64,000 nucleotides of DNA, taken from a virus. Shown here one piece after another: positions 36,977 to 47,236 of the stretch (its first letter is position 1; each line of letters opens with the position of its first letter). The notes beneath the pieces were generated by a model. That model did not search any database. It was not told the origin of the DNA and was given only the letters and a program-made list of their open reading frames with translations. The stretch is taken from the IMG/VR virus record IMGVR_UViG_3300035228_001078. One strand, 5' to 3'. A program made the translations under genes and the position numbers.

Positions 36977-37398
36977 CCTGCCCTAAAGACACGCCAGTCA
37001 ATAATGTTTTTAATCATGTAACTCCGGTTGTTCACTTGTTTAATAATGTCTTCTAGGTATGTCAGCATGACATCGTAATATCTTATCTTTAAGACAATTT
37101 GTTGCACACGCTCGTCAGCTCCCATGTATCTCTGGAGAGCTTCTTTTTCTCTTACTTTGTATGGGAAAGGATTTTTTTCATATACTTCTGGTTCTGCTTT
37201 ACCAGTGTAATATGAATGTCTTTCTAATTTTACTCTTGATTCATTCGAGTAAGCTCTTTCTCTCAACAACTTGATGTTGTTGTATAACTCAAAATACTTT
37301 GCATGTAAAGATGGAATTTTAGATGCTTCGTCATGTAAATTATCTTGGTCAATCTGTGCGTCTTTGACCCACATACTTTGTATAGTTTCAAGATCCAT
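36973..37398 (-). CDS. uvsY: Recombination mediator UvsY
   Basis: IPSLHAKY, YYTGKA, RSYMIKNIIDW; synteny. Confidence 0.9.
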   Translation of the reverse strand: MDLETIQSMWVKDAQIDQDNLHDEASKIPSLHAKYFELYNNIKLLRERAYSNESRVKLERHSYYTGKAEPEVYEKNPFPYKVREKEALQRYMGADERVQQIVLKIRYYDVMLTYLEDIIKQVNNRSYMIKNIIDWRVFRAG

Positions 37399-37401
37399 AA
37401 A

Positions 37402-37938
37402 TTAGGTTTCCACTTCAATAGTGTAAATTAAATACTTAAATGTTGCGGTTGCTGTAAAGTATGTATAATCCTGATCTGTCGCTGTAAATTCTAGTGCTGA
37501 TAAGGCAGTTGGATATAAATCTTTGAATTTCACTCTTGCACTAACATTAAAATTACTATTCAATATTGCAAGAGTTCCGTCACAAAATTGTTCGTTAGGA
37601 TCTTTTAATCCATCTTCCTTAGTAATAAGATCTTGAAACTCTTCGACACTATTAGGGTAACCCAGTCCATAGATCCAAGTATGGATAGACAGGTAGTTTT
37701 CTAAATCTTCATCTACAATAAATTGGATTGTTAAATCTTCAAACTCAATGTTGTCTCCAGGAACATCAATTGCTTTAAGATAGTTTGCTACTTTAATTCC
37801 ACCTAAAGTAATGCCTGGTATCTTCGCACTGTTGGAGAAGAAATCAACCTTAGGAGTTTTTGTTAAATTAAATTTAAATCCAACAGGCGATAGATAATTT
37901 TTATTCTCTACCTGTTTGCTGAGAAAATTGTAAGACAT
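37402..37938 (-). CDS. gp3: Tail tube terminator / tail completion protein
   Basis: NYLSPVGFKF, IPGITL, PGDNIEF, FIVDEDLENY. Confidence 0.88.
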   Translation of the reverse strand: MSYNFLSKQVENKNYLSPVGFKFNLTKTPKVDFFSNSAKIPGITLGGIKVANYLKAIDVPGDNIEFEDLTIQFIVDEDLENYLSIHTWIYGLGYPNSVEEFQDLITKEDGLKDPNEQFCDGTLAILNSNFNVSARVKFKDLYPTALSALEFTATDQDYTYFTATATFKYLIYTIEVET

Positions 37939-38126
37939 TATATGCTCATGGTATTATTAGTTTTAAGTGGTCCTTGTGGAGGGACTATTGGCATATTATA
38001 TTTCCTATAGTTCGTATCTATAGGAGCAAATTTTAAATGATATTTTTTCTTTCCAGTGGGTTTTATCTTATGTGACTCTCGTTCAGCTCTACTGTAAGCT
38101 TCTAAGCAAAAATCTTTGAATGTCAT
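37938..38126 (-). CDS. Small basic protein with a capsid-targeting-like leader (62 aa)
   Basis: MTFKDFCLE|AYSRAERESHKIKPTGKKKY... Confidence 0.6.
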   Translation of the reverse strand: MTFKDFCLEAYSRAERESHKIKPTGKKKYHLKFAPIDTNYRKYNMPIVPPQGPLKTNNTMSI

Positions 38127-38127
38127 T

Positions 38128-38301
38128 TTACTTTCCTTGATAGAAGAATGGGTCGGATGGCTTTCTTGGATTTCTACCAAACTGTTTCTTCACCCAATCA
38201 GGTGTTTTCTTTTCAGGTTTGGGCAACTCTTTTTTAACCTCTGTGGGTTTCAATCCAGGAATCTTATAGTAATCTTCAAAAAACTGTCTTAAAGATTTCA
38301 T
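38128..38301 (-). CDS. Small basic protein with a capsid-targeting-like leader (57 aa)
   Basis: Manual translation MKSLRQFFE|DYYKIPGLKPTEVKKELPKPEKKTPDWVKKQFGRNPRKPSDPFFYQGK. CTAAATA late-like promoter near 38314-38320. Confidence 0.6.
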   Translation of the reverse strand: MKSLRQFFEDYYKIPGLKPTEVKKELPKPEKKTPDWVKKQFGRNPRKPSDPFFYQGK

Positions 38302-38322
38302 CGACTTTTTAAATATTTAGAC

Positions 38323-38348
38323 AAAAAAAGAGACCCTTTCGGGTCTCT
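38323..38348 (-). terminator. Rho-independent terminator (copy 2)
   Basis: AGAGACCC-gaaa-GGGTCTCT followed by a T-run. Confidence 0.9.
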
Positions 38349-38377
38349 CACTTCCTTCACACGGAAACTACATTATA

Positions 38378-38554
38378 TCACATAAGAACTTCTTTACAAA
38401 TCCTTTTGCATTCTGGGGCACTTAGTGAACTGCATTCAATTAGACACTCATAATAATCATTTAATTTTTCTTGTTCCTCTACGGCAAAATCATCAACTGG
38501 ACTTTCTACAATTTTCCATTCGTTGAGTTGAGCCATTGATAGTAGATTGTGCAT
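38378..38554 (-). CDS. Small twin-CX3C protein (58 aa)
   Basis: Manual translation MHNLLSMAQLNEWKIVESPVDDFAVEEQEKLNDYYECLIECSSLSAPECKRICKEVLM, with an AAGGTG SD. Confidence 0.7.
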   Translation of the reverse strand: MHNLLSMAQLNEWKIVESPVDDFAVEEQEKLNDYYECLIECSSLSAPECKRICKEVLM

Positions 38555-38667
38555 TTAATCACCTTGATTATTGAATATAATATAGAAGTTTCAGATCATG
38601 GTAGTAGTTTATTCTGTTTCTATTTAGTCAGCGTATGCTAACTTAATGAAGTAAATTAAATACACAC

Positions 38668-38693
38668 AAAAAAAGAGACCCTTTCGGGTCTCT
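38668..38693 (-). terminator. Rho-independent terminator after gp23 (copy 1)
   Basis: Identical to 38323-38348. Confidence 0.9.
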
Positions 38694-38716
38694 GTGTTAA
38701 GTATGTGAAATATAAA

Positions 38717-40162
38717 TCACATGAGGTTCTTAACAACAGTACGCTGGTAGTAGCGGTTGCTGTTAGAAGTAATACGACCAAGACCCTGAGCGGTGCCTTC
38801 AGCGTAAGGATTGGAAACAAGACCATAGCGGGTCTTGAAGCCAATTTTGGGCTGGAAGGTGCCGTCGTTGACGGCGCGTACCATCTGGAGGGGTACATAA
38901 GGACAGTAGAAGAGACCAGCGTCATATGGGCTGGTTCCCTTGTAACCAACAACATAGTACTGGTTAGCAGCACTGTTGGCAGAGAAAGGATCGATGAAGA
39001 CTCTGTACTTACCGTTGATAGTACCAGCGAAGGTATTACCAGTGTCGTCAACCTGAAGGTTGGCGTTCAGAGCAGGGGTGTAATCAAGTACACCAGCCAT
39101 GGTCAGAGCAGAAGCGACATCAGCACTTGTCATGATGATGTTGCCCTTTCCACGACGAGTTCTTTGGGCGATGCGGTTTGCATCTCTCTCGATGTTGAAC
39201 AGGAGACCCTTGAACTTCTCAACCGACCAGCGACCGTTGGAGTCAACATCCAGGTCGAAGAAACCAGCGTTGGCAACATTGACCTGTGAACCAGCTTCAG
39301 CAGTCTTGTAGATTGTACGGATAACCTCGCGGTTGATCTCAGCAAGAATCTCGCTAGACAAGATGTTAGCAAGTTCTGCTTCAGCGTTAAGACCGTGGAT
39401 AGCACGAAGGTCTTGTGCCAGTTCCATGCTGTACTCTGCTTTCAGAGCACGGGACTTAGCGGTTACGGTGACTTTCTCGATCGAGAATGCCATCTCGTTG
39501 AAGTCGCCATTGCTGCCGTCTCCGAGTGCCTCAGAGTCGCCAGTTGCCATACCTTGACCCAGTGAATACTGAGATTGTACAGCGTCAGAAGCAGCTCCTT
39601 CCAAGATTGCGGGGTTAGTACCACGCTGAGTGCTTGTAGAACCGAAACCAACGGCACCGCCGTCATCAACAGCATCGGTGTAGTCGCCTTGCGTTGACTG
39701 ACCAATGTTTGTGCCTGCCTTGTTAGCAGAGAATGCGGAATCAGGCTCGTTGAAGAACGACTCAGTACCAGACTGATTGGTGTAGCGTGAACGCATTGCG
39801 AAGATCAGTCCAGTAGGACCGTTCATCGGCTGAACACCAGCAAGCTCATATGCAACCAGGTTAGGCATTGAGCGTCTGATCAGAGAGATCAGAACGGGGT
39901 CGAAACCTGCGGTAGGACCTGCGTCAGCAGAACCAGCACCGAACGCGCCTGAACCGCCTACAGCGTTACCAGAGTTGGTAGGTGCAGACTCGGTAAGCAT
40001 ACCGTTGCCGCTAGAGAAAGCAGCTTCTTCTTTGAGGAAACGCTCTTGGTTCTCAAGGAGAATAGCGGTTGTAGCGCGTCTATGTGAGTCCTTAATTGGA
40101 TCTACGCCTTCGGCGTCGAGAAGCGGACTCCACTTCTCAAGTAATTGTTGTGCGTTATACAT
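38717..40162 (-). CDS. gp23: Major capsid protein
   Basis: LLENQE, LTE|S cleavage site, GVQPMNGPTGLIFAMR, KSRALKAEYS, FYCPYVPL, GFKTRYG. Confidence 0.98.
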   Translation of the reverse strand: MYNAQQLLEKWSPLLDAEGVDPIKDSHRRATTAILLENQERFLKEEAAFSSGNGMLTESAPTNSGNAVGGSGAFGAGSADAGPTAGFDPVLISLIRRSMPNLVAYELAGVQPMNGPTGLIFAMRSRYTNQSGTESFFNEPDSAFSANKAGTNIGQSTQGDYTDAVDDGGAVGFGSTSTQRGTNPAILEGAASDAVQSQYSLGQGMATGDSEALGDGSNGDFNEMAFSIEKVTVTAKSRALKAEYSMELAQDLRAIHGLNAEAELANILSSEILAEINREVIRTIYKTAEAGSQVNVANAGFFDLDVDSNGRWSVEKFKGLLFNIERDANRIAQRTRRGKGNIIMTSADVASALTMAGVLDYTPALNANLQVDDTGNTFAGTINGKYRVFIDPFSANSAANQYYVVGYKGTSPYDAGLFYCPYVPLQMVRAVNDGTFQPKIGFKTRYGLVSNPYAEGTAQGLGRITSNSNRYYQRTVVKNLM

Positions 40163-40192
40163 TAGGGGAAGTTAACAGTGTTTGTTTGTGGA

Positions 40193-41242
40193 TTACTGTT
40201 GAGCTGTTCCAAGAGCTTTTAGATAGGAGTGCATAGAGCCAGAGACTTCTACACCACCTGCTTCTACGCCCTCAGAGAGCGTTTCAGTTTTTGCGGGAGC
40301 TTTTGCAGGGTCACTTGGGAAATACGATTCCTTCAGTGTTACAAGCTTCTCGCGATACAATTCCTCACCCTCAAACTCAACACCTTCAGACAGTGCGACC
40401 AGTTTCTCTCTTTGTGTAACAGCAAGACCCTCGGTTACTTCACGGAAAATTCCATCTGCTGTAGATTCTCCAAGGCGCTTGTTAAGAGAAATGTTCGACT
40501 CAATCTGTTCGTTAAGTCTGGCTTCCATTTCATCAAGTTTGGAGACCATGTTCTCCAATACATCATACTTATCTTCAGGGATTGTTACATAATGATCTTC
40601 AAATAGACCCTTCATTCCTTGCAGGAACGATTCAGTCATTTCGGTCTTCAGACCGTGTTCTACTTCGAGTGTGTTTTCAGTTACCCACTCTTCAGAAACA
40701 TACTCAAGATATGCATCGACCCGCTCAACGAGCTCAGTCTTTACTTCCTCAAGATGCTCAGAAAGAGTTGCTTCGTATTGAGCAGCCATTTCTTCTTGTA
40801 CAGCAACTACCTTAGCGGTAACAACTGCCTCAAAGATTGTGCGAGCTTTATTCTGAAACTCTTCGGAGAGTTCCTCGCCGCCAAACAGGGCGGAAAGATC
40901 TTCTTCGATATCGACAGAAGGAGTCTCCTCCTCTTTCATGGTCTCATCTTCAGCTACGACCTCTTGACCTTCTTCTGCTTCAGCGGTATCGCCAGCAGAA
41001 AGAGATTGCATAGGTTCAGCAGCTTTAGCGCCACGGTTGACGATATCTCTTACTGTTTTGATTTTGGGTTCTGCGAATTTCGCGGAGTCGTCGTCGGGCT
41101 TATAGTTCTCGGGGGTAGGACCACCGAGGACTTCATAACCACCGAGACCAGCTCCAGGATCAGCAAGCTTGGGCATCCCCTCGCCAGCTTTCGCACCCCT
41201 TGTTACAGGATTTTCCATTTCTTGTAATTCCTTAGCGGACAT
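40193..41242 (-). CDS. gp22: Prohead core scaffold protein
   Basis: Acidic coiled coil, KARTIFEA, YLEYVSEEW, LKESYF; synteny. Confidence 0.93.
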   Translation of the reverse strand: MSAKELQEMENPVTRGAKAGEGMPKLADPGAGLGGYEVLGGPTPENYKPDDDSAKFAEPKIKTVRDIVNRGAKAAEPMQSLSAGDTAEAEEGQEVVAEDETMKEEETPSVDIEEDLSALFGGEELSEEFQNKARTIFEAVVTAKVVAVQEEMAAQYEATLSEHLEEVKTELVERVDAYLEYVSEEWVTENTLEVEHGLKTEMTESFLQGMKGLFEDHYVTIPEDKYDVLENMVSKLDEMEARLNEQIESNISLNKRLGESTADGIFREVTEGLAVTQREKLVALSEGVEFEGEELYREKLVTLKESYFPSDPAKAPAKTETLSEGVEAGGVEVSGSMHSYLKALGTAQQ

Positions 41243-41285
41243 TTTGGTGAACTCTCCGATTATAATCGTTGATATAATCTATATT

Positions 41286-41293
41286 TATTTATA
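41286..41293 (-). promoter_or_regulatory. T4-type late promoter
   Basis: TATAAATA upstream of gp22. Confidence 0.75.
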
Positions 41294-41295
41294 AA

Positions 41296-41946
41296 TTAGA
41301 TACTTGAGAGGAACTTATTGAACAGAGCAAGCTTCTGTTCCTGCAGGGCTCTCTGGTCTACAAGCGTATTAATTTGCTTGTATGTCTTCTCCACAAGTCG
41401 TTCGCGGACAATACTACCGTCCATTACCCAATCTTTTCCTTCCATAATTCCCGATACAAATGCATCAGGTGCGGAGGGATCTGCTACGATATCAGCAGCA
41501 GTTGCAAGCATAAAATCGTCAGAAACAATTTTAATGCCATTCTCGTTAACGGCAAGTGAACCAAGACCACGAGAGGATACACCCAACTTAACACCTTCAT
41601 CGATAAGATTTTGTGCAATCTTACCCATAGGGGTGTTCAGGATTTTTGCCTTACCAATAAAATTAGTTCCTTCTTCCCTAAGTGAAGTAATTTTATGGGA
41701 AACGCGATCCAGGTTAAGGGTAGGTCCTTCGGGATGTCCGAGTTCACCGAGAGCTCTGCCTTTACCGACAAAACTTTCGTTGTAACGACCTACTTCTCTA
41801 CGAAGGGTATCCATAGGATACATCCGACCATTTCGGTTCTTGATGTCACCTTGCAGGAATACACCTTCAATGTACATAGATTTCTTACCGTTGCGTTCTT
41901 CAACGATAACTTCGACCTGTTCGATTTCTTCCGTGATCAGTTTCAT
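41296..41946 (-). CDS. gp21: Prohead protease
   Basis: MKLITE, NRNGRMY, GELGHP, GVSSRGLGS, DIVADPSAPDA. Confidence 0.97.
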   Translation of the reverse strand: MKLITEEIEQVEVIVEERNGKKSMYIEGVFLQGDIKNRNGRMYPMDTLRREVGRYNESFVGKGRALGELGHPEGPTLNLDRVSHKITSLREEGTNFIGKAKILNTPMGKIAQNLIDEGVKLGVSSRGLGSLAVNENGIKIVSDDFMLATAADIVADPSAPDAFVSGIMEGKDWVMDGSIVRERLVEKTYKQINTLVDQRALQEQKLALFNKFLSSI

Positions 41947-41950
41947 TTGG

Positions 41951-42220
41951 TTAGCCTGTAAATCCTACTTTGGAACCCTTTACGCCAGCATTAGCTGCAA
42001 ACACGCATTGAGTTGGTTGTTTTTCTAAAAATTCTACAGAACCTGCAGGCATGGTAAACGAACCTACCGTATCTCCACTTCTTGTTTCTACAACAGTAAC
42101 AAGATGTGCAGAAGTGTGGGTATTAATCAAACGAACAACTGTCGCTTGAGTAAAACTAACAGCAGCACCAGTTGTTGTGGGCAGAGCTGCCTCTGCACCT
42201 TTACATAGAGTTCTTGCCAT
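41951..42220 (-). CDS. Small hypothetical (likely structural) protein
   Basis: 89-aa beta-rich ORF between the portal and protease genes. Confidence 0.7.
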   Translation of the reverse strand: MARTLCKGAEAALPTTTGAAVSFTQATVVRLINTHTSAHLVTVVETRSGDTVGSFTMPAGSVEFLEKQPTQCVFAANAGVKGSKVGFTG

Positions 42221-42390
42221 TATTCTGGTTCCTGAGTTTCTTGGTCAGATACGCCAAAGAGAGATGCTGCAGCATCGGGACGCATAGCATCTACTTTGCC
42301 AGCAGCTCGCGTATACAGCAGATCCTTAATCTGGTCGCTGATATCTACGGCAGAAGAATCTGTCGCAATCATATTAATGAGCTCTTCCAT
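42220..42390 (-). CDS. Small prohead core protein-like (gp67/68 position)
   Basis: Manual translation MEELINMIATDSSAVDISDQIKDLLYTRAAGKVDAMRPDAAASLFGVSDQETQEPE. TATAAATA at 42416-42423. Confidence 0.65.
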   Translation of the reverse strand: MEELINMIATDSSAVDISDQIKDLLYTRAAGKVDAMRPDAAASLFGVSDQETQEPE

Positions 42391-42418
42391 CTATCAATAA
42401 TCAATGGTATAAACTTAT

Positions 42419-44092
42419 TTATATCTCGCCTTGTCCTTGAGGTGGCTCTGCGTTCTGCGGATTGGGAGCTTTACCAGGAGGAAGAGCGGCAGGATCGGGC
42501 TGACCTTCTAGTTGTGGATCCCCTGCAGACTCTGCTTCCATCTCAAGCATTTGCTGGTTTGGATCAGGAATAACACCAGATGCGATCTCTTGTTCAATCT
42601 GAACATCGATCTCAGCAATTTCAGCATCTCTCTGACGGAGAACCTGTCTTCTGACATATTCCGTAGAATAATACCGACCAACATATGGTTCAATCATTCC
42701 AAGAAGACCAAGGCGACCTTCCATCAATTCCTTATCTTTAAGTTCTGCAAAGTGATTATCGTAGATAAAGTCAAACTGAATATGCTCAGACATTACCTCC
42801 CAATCCTGAGTAGTGACAATGTTCTTGAGGAGCAGTTGAGTCTTCAGCATATCTATAAAGATGTTACTGAATCTCTTACGGAGACGACCAACAAACTTAG
42901 AGAACTTAAGTTCATCTCTTAAAATTTCACTAGAACGACCGAGGTTGAAACCATCACCAGAACCAGCGATTCTAGACTCAGGTACACCAAGAGATCTATA
43001 AAGTTTAGATTGGAAATATTCAATGTCAGCAAGCTCTCCAAGATTCTGACCACCAGGTAGCGTGGTAATTTCTGTGCCACGACCACCTTCACGACGAGGT
43101 AACCAGAAATCTTCCAGCATACTCATCATCTTTTTATCGTCACGAATCTCACCGCTGTTGGAATCATAGACCAACTTATTACGGTAGCGCATCATGACAT
43201 CGCGCAGATATTGTTCTGCCTTTACCTTAGGTAAGTTGCCAACATCAATATAGAAAATACGACGCTCTGGTGCGCGAGACATTCTATAGATAACCAGAGA
43301 GTCTTCAATCATACGGAGTTGATTGATTGACTTGATTGCTTTATGTAAGTACGATAATCCTACACCTTTATTTCTATCTACAAGTCCAGATGTGCAATAT
43401 GTGATTGAGTCTTTTGCAATCTTAACACCCTTCATTGCAGTGCCAGCACCAATTGCAGCAATGTTTGTTGGGTATTGTGCTTTTGGAGTATACATGAAAT
43501 ACTCCTCAATCTCAGGAAAATATACCTTCTGAGATTCATGAGCACTGGTTTGCCTAAACAGATCAGATCTCTCGTCTTTCTTCTTCTCTTTGCGTACATA
43601 ACGCATTTTGAGAGGATCGATATATCTAAGATCTTGTAAACCCGCTTCAGGATTTGCAATATCAATTACTTTGTTATAGTATAGTCTTCCGTCAACATAC
43701 CAGTTTCTAAAAATTTCATGGGACTTTGTATCAAAGTCTAGAAGATCTTTAATATGTTTAAATTCTTTACGAATAATATTTTTAATAGAGTCACTAGCGT
43801 TCAGGTTCTCCAGATCAATCTCTACAGGAGAATCATTTGTATCTGATACGATAGCTTCATTTACTACATCTTCAATAGCATTATCCACCTCTGGGTGCAA
43901 TGCCATCTCCCGATATCTTCTGATGAGCTCATGCTCGCTTTTGTATATACCTTCAATATCTACAACTTGACTAGAAAAACCCCCCTGAATATAATAGTCA
44001 GTCCCATTCTCACCTTGTGGTGGAATAGGGCTGACTACGCCTTTAGGATTCTTTTCTCCGTCCTCAATTGAGAAACCAAATAGTTTCGCCAT
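42419..44092 (-). CDS. gp20: Portal vertex protein
   Basis: YREMALHPE, WYVDGR, RAPERRIFYIDVGNLP, EDFWLPRREGGRGTEI. Confidence 0.98.
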   Translation of the reverse strand: MAKLFGFSIEDGEKNPKGVVSPIPPQGENGTDYYIQGGFSSQVVDIEGIYKSEHELIRRYREMALHPEVDNAIEDVVNEAIVSDTNDSPVEIDLENLNASDSIKNIIRKEFKHIKDLLDFDTKSHEIFRNWYVDGRLYYNKVIDIANPEAGLQDLRYIDPLKMRYVRKEKKKDERSDLFRQTSAHESQKVYFPEIEEYFMYTPKAQYPTNIAAIGAGTAMKGVKIAKDSITYCTSGLVDRNKGVGLSYLHKAIKSINQLRMIEDSLVIYRMSRAPERRIFYIDVGNLPKVKAEQYLRDVMMRYRNKLVYDSNSGEIRDDKKMMSMLEDFWLPRREGGRGTEITTLPGGQNLGELADIEYFQSKLYRSLGVPESRIAGSGDGFNLGRSSEILRDELKFSKFVGRLRKRFSNIFIDMLKTQLLLKNIVTTQDWEVMSEHIQFDFIYDNHFAELKDKELMEGRLGLLGMIEPYVGRYYSTEYVRRQVLRQRDAEIAEIDVQIEQEIASGVIPDPNQQMLEMEAESAGDPQLEGQPDPAALPPGKAPNPQNAEPPQGQGEI

Positions 44093-44126
44093 TATGCTAA
44101 TAAAGGTCCTGTTATAGGACTATTTA

Positions 44127-44747
44127 TCAATATACCGAACCGCCGTTTCCGTCAGCTTCCCACCATTGAACTTGGAAGGTAACTGTGAATTCTTCCAGAG
44201 CATCTGCCTGATCGTAGGAAAGATCCAACTGAGAGACATTTGTTGGGAAGCAACCATGGAACTTATAAGTTCTCAGGATTGGCATATCGGGTTCAGAATC
44301 TTGTGTATTCTGAGTAACTTCAGCTCTGCCTAACTGGTAGACTTTAAGATCTTTGATGTAGTCTTCAGGATTTGTGAGACCAGAGTTATCAGATACCTTA
44401 GCAATAGAGTTCATCCATCTTTCCATGGAAGAACGGATTGCAAAATCGGTATCATTGATAATCGTTACAGTCCACTCATCGAATGTTCTGTCACCAGCGA
44501 TCTTAAGTGTACGCCCTCTAAAGGGAACACTAATAGGAGCAATGTTTGAAGCGGGAAGTGCTGCAGCTTTGACTAAGAATCTACTCTTAATACCAAAATC
44601 ATTTACATCGGTGTCGATGACACCATCTGGGGTTGAAAGTACAACCTCAAATAGATTAGGTCTTGCAATACCACCACTGATTCTTGCCTTGAACTTGTCA
44701 ATAGTTCGACTTGAAGTCTTTGGGGGATTTTGTTGATTAATGGGCAT
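44127..44747 (-). CDS. gp19: Tail tube protein
   Basis: ARPNLFEV, FRGRTLKIAGDRTF, EEFTVTF. Confidence 0.95.
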   Translation of the reverse strand: MPINQQNPPKTSSRTIDKFKARISGGIARPNLFEVVLSTPDGVIDTDVNDFGIKSRFLVKAAALPASNIAPISVPFRGRTLKIAGDRTFDEWTVTIINDTDFAIRSSMERWMNSIAKVSDNSGLTNPEDYIKDLKVYQLGRAEVTQNTQDSEPDMPILRTYKFHGCFPTNVSQLDLSYDQADALEEFTVTFQVQWWEADGNGGSVY

Positions 44748-44780
44748 TGTTTTTTCCTCTAAGAGTTAGTTACTAAACGA

Positions 44781-47153
44781 TCAAACTCGACCAATAACTT
44801 CTTCAAAGCTGATGCCCGTGCGGGTAGCAACGAAGGTTAGACCGATGAAGTTGATAGACCTGTTGGGCTTGACAAAGATGTCAGCAACGAATTCGTTATT
44901 ATCAATGACCGCAGCAGTGTTGTTTGTCTCATCGCAAACAACTACGAAGTCTGTGATACCTCTCTTAGATTGAACATCCCTGAGGAATGGTTCTACGATG
45001 TTGAGGAAATTAATTCTCGTAATCTCATCGTTAAACTCGAAGAGTTGATCTCTTGCAGCAGCAGCAATTGCTTTCTCCAAGTAGATAAACAGACGACGAA
45101 CATTGATTCTGTCAAAAGCAGAAGACCTACCTAAACCAGTCTTGTCGCCAAAGAGGATAATTCCTGCACCAGGCGAGAAGATTATAGGGTTAACTCTATT
45201 AGAATAGAGTTTGTCACGCTCTTGTTGATCAGGAGTGTACGCAAGTTTAACTGCATTCAGGATACCACCTCTAACTGTACCACCTGGTGAGAACCAAGGG
45301 AAGTTGTTGATATCGTTTCTAGCGCAGATACCTGCCATGTCACCATTCATAGGAACATAGCGGAACTGTCTGCCAAACCGATCATACATGTACTTGTAAC
45401 CACTATCGAAGATAGCGTAAGAAGACGATGTAATAGCGGAATAGAAACTAATTACATTAGATGTAATAGTATCAGAATTCAGTACTAGATCTTCACCATC
45501 ACCAGAGGCACTCAAGAATGCTTGTCTGTGAGGAGAGATGCAAGCGATACAATCCTTTCTGTATTCTGCAACTGCAATCAATTTGTTTGCAAGTGCTTGT
45601 GTCTCTTCTTTTCCATGAGCACCAGAGCCCATGAGCAAGAAATCTAATTGATATTGATCCTTATTCTTAAGAAGATCGTATCCAGCAGAAAGATCTCCAA
45701 CATTTACTTTGAGGGAAGAGGTGTCACCAACACTAACGGCACCACCATAATCCTTACCATTTCCAAGACTTACAGAATAGTTACCAATAGCAGCAAAGGT
45801 AATATTCTCAGTATCCTGATCCCAACCAACATCAGTCAGAGGATCAAAATCACCGTCAAGAGCTGTCGTTACAACACCAGCAGGAGCTCCACCACCAAAG
45901 ATGTTGCCACTTGCGATCTGGAGAACCTTTCTCCAGTAAGCAGCATCACCTACAGAGTAGATTGCATCTTTTGCTTTCGATGTTGCTACAAACTTATCGA
46001 CAAGAGTTCCAGCGTTACCAGATACTTTACCGAGATCGTCGTGTACAACAATATGAATCTCATCATTTTTAGAGTTTCTTTCTGCAGCGTAGGAAGAAGT
46101 ACCAGGTCTGTCAGCAAGAGTATTCCAATAGATCTTCTGACCATCGTTCAGAGTGATCCACTGATTGTCAAACCAGTCTGTTTCGCCAGTATAAGAAAGT
46201 GTGCCAGGAGAATATGCTACAGCAGATGTATAGCGGGAATCACCAGCAGTGATACCAGCGCCAGTCAGAGCGGTCAGGAAGTCTGCGTTAGCAAAGCTTG
46301 ATCCGTAAGAAACCTTACCTGCTTGCCAACCTCTACCTGTATTACTTTGTACATGCAGATGAAGACCACCAGAGGCGTTGCCAGTATTTGTAAAGGCATA
46401 TACACCACCAGGTGTGTAGTCAACTGAAGTTTCTGTACCAGCTGCGCTGACATGAGAAACAAGTTTTACTGAAACCTGTGCAGCACCAACCTCAGTGATT
46501 ACACCTTTGAGGTAACCGTCAAGGACGGCAGTAGTACCAGCACCAGCAATAACTGTATTGGCAGGAACTGCTTGAGTAACTCCAAGACCAACTGATAGGT
46601 TGACCTCTGCAATACCATCTTCATATCCAGCAACAGCACCAAGTCCTGTTGAGGAAAATCCGAGAACGGCAGTGGTATTGACACCAGTCAGAATCTGGTC
46701 AGCAAGACCATCAATAGCAGAAACCTTAAGGCTGTTGCCCCAACTACCAGGGTTCTTAGATGCAAAGACTACACCAGGAATGGTGTTCTCCGCATAACCT
46801 TTGTTGATATAATCTTCGTTGCTCTTGATCCTGATACCTGTTACTGTGCTTGCAACTCCTGCAAACGCATTCTTCATATCAGCTTGATCTGATCTTACGA
46901 CTCTGAGTACACCGCCGTATGCCAGATACGAGGTTGCGGTGAGCCAGTATTCGTAATGATTGCTGTCCTTATAGGGAGATCCGAAAGAATCGAGGAGCTC
47001 CGCTTCTGTTTGTATGAGTGTAGGTTCTTCTACTGGACCTTTGGCGAAAGGAGCGACCAGACCACCAGCGAGTGTAGATGTGGGATCTACTCTGCCATTG
47101 GTAAGATCAACTTCCTTAACGACAATTCCAGGAGATGCTAAGTTGAGCGGCAT
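44781..47153 (-). CDS. gp18: Contractile tail sheath protein
   Basis: Start MPLNLASPGIVVKEVD, PWFSPGG, FDRINVRRLF, FEFNDE. Confidence 0.96.
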   Translation of the reverse strand: MPLNLASPGIVVKEVDLTNGRVDPTSTLAGGLVAPFAKGPVEEPTLIQTEAELLDSFGSPYKDSNHYEYWLTATSYLAYGGVLRVVRSDQADMKNAFAGVASTVTGIRIKSNEDYINKGYAENTIPGVVFASKNPGSWGNSLKVSAIDGLADQILTGVNTTAVLGFSSTGLGAVAGYEDGIAEVNLSVGLGVTQAVPANTVIAGAGTTAVLDGYLKGVITEVGAAQVSVKLVSHVSAAGTETSVDYTPGGVYAFTNTGNASGGLHLHVQSNTGRGWQAGKVSYGSSFANADFLTALTGAGITAGDSRYTSAVAYSPGTLSYTGETDWFDNQWITLNDGQKIYWNTLADRPGTSSYAAERNSKNDEIHIVVHDDLGKVSGNAGTLVDKFVATSKAKDAIYSVGDAAYWRKVLQIASGNIFGGGAPAGVVTTALDGDFDPLTDVGWDQDTENITFAAIGNYSVSLGNGKDYGGAVSVGDTSSLKVNVGDLSAGYDLLKNKDQYQLDFLLMGSGAHGKEETQALANKLIAVAEYRKDCIACISPHRQAFLSASGDGEDLVLNSDTITSNVISFYSAITSSSYAIFDSGYKYMYDRFGRQFRYVPMNGDMAGICARNDINNFPWFSPGGTVRGGILNAVKLAYTPDQQERDKLYSNRVNPIIFSPGAGIILFGDKTGLGRSSAFDRINVRRLFIYLEKAIAAAARDQLFEFNDEITRINFLNIVEPFLRDVQSKRGITDFVVVCDETNNTAAVIDNNEFVADIFVKPNRSINFIGLTFVATRTGISFEEVIGRV

Positions 47154-47236
47154 CTTTAACTCCTTTAGAATCCAAATATAACTAAAAATATTTATGGAAA
47201 GGCTTCTTTTCAGATGGGAAACAGTGCATGAACACA

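Noticed and set aside
38378-38554. 58-aa Cys protein as CP12
   Set aside because: Lacks the AWDxVEEL and CxxxPxxxxC motifs; Cys spacing is CX3C...CX3C
38656-39051. 131-aa alternative-frame ORF overlapping the gp23 3' end (possible frameshift extension)
   Set aside because: Low-complexity off-frame translation running through the terminator, with no slippery site identified
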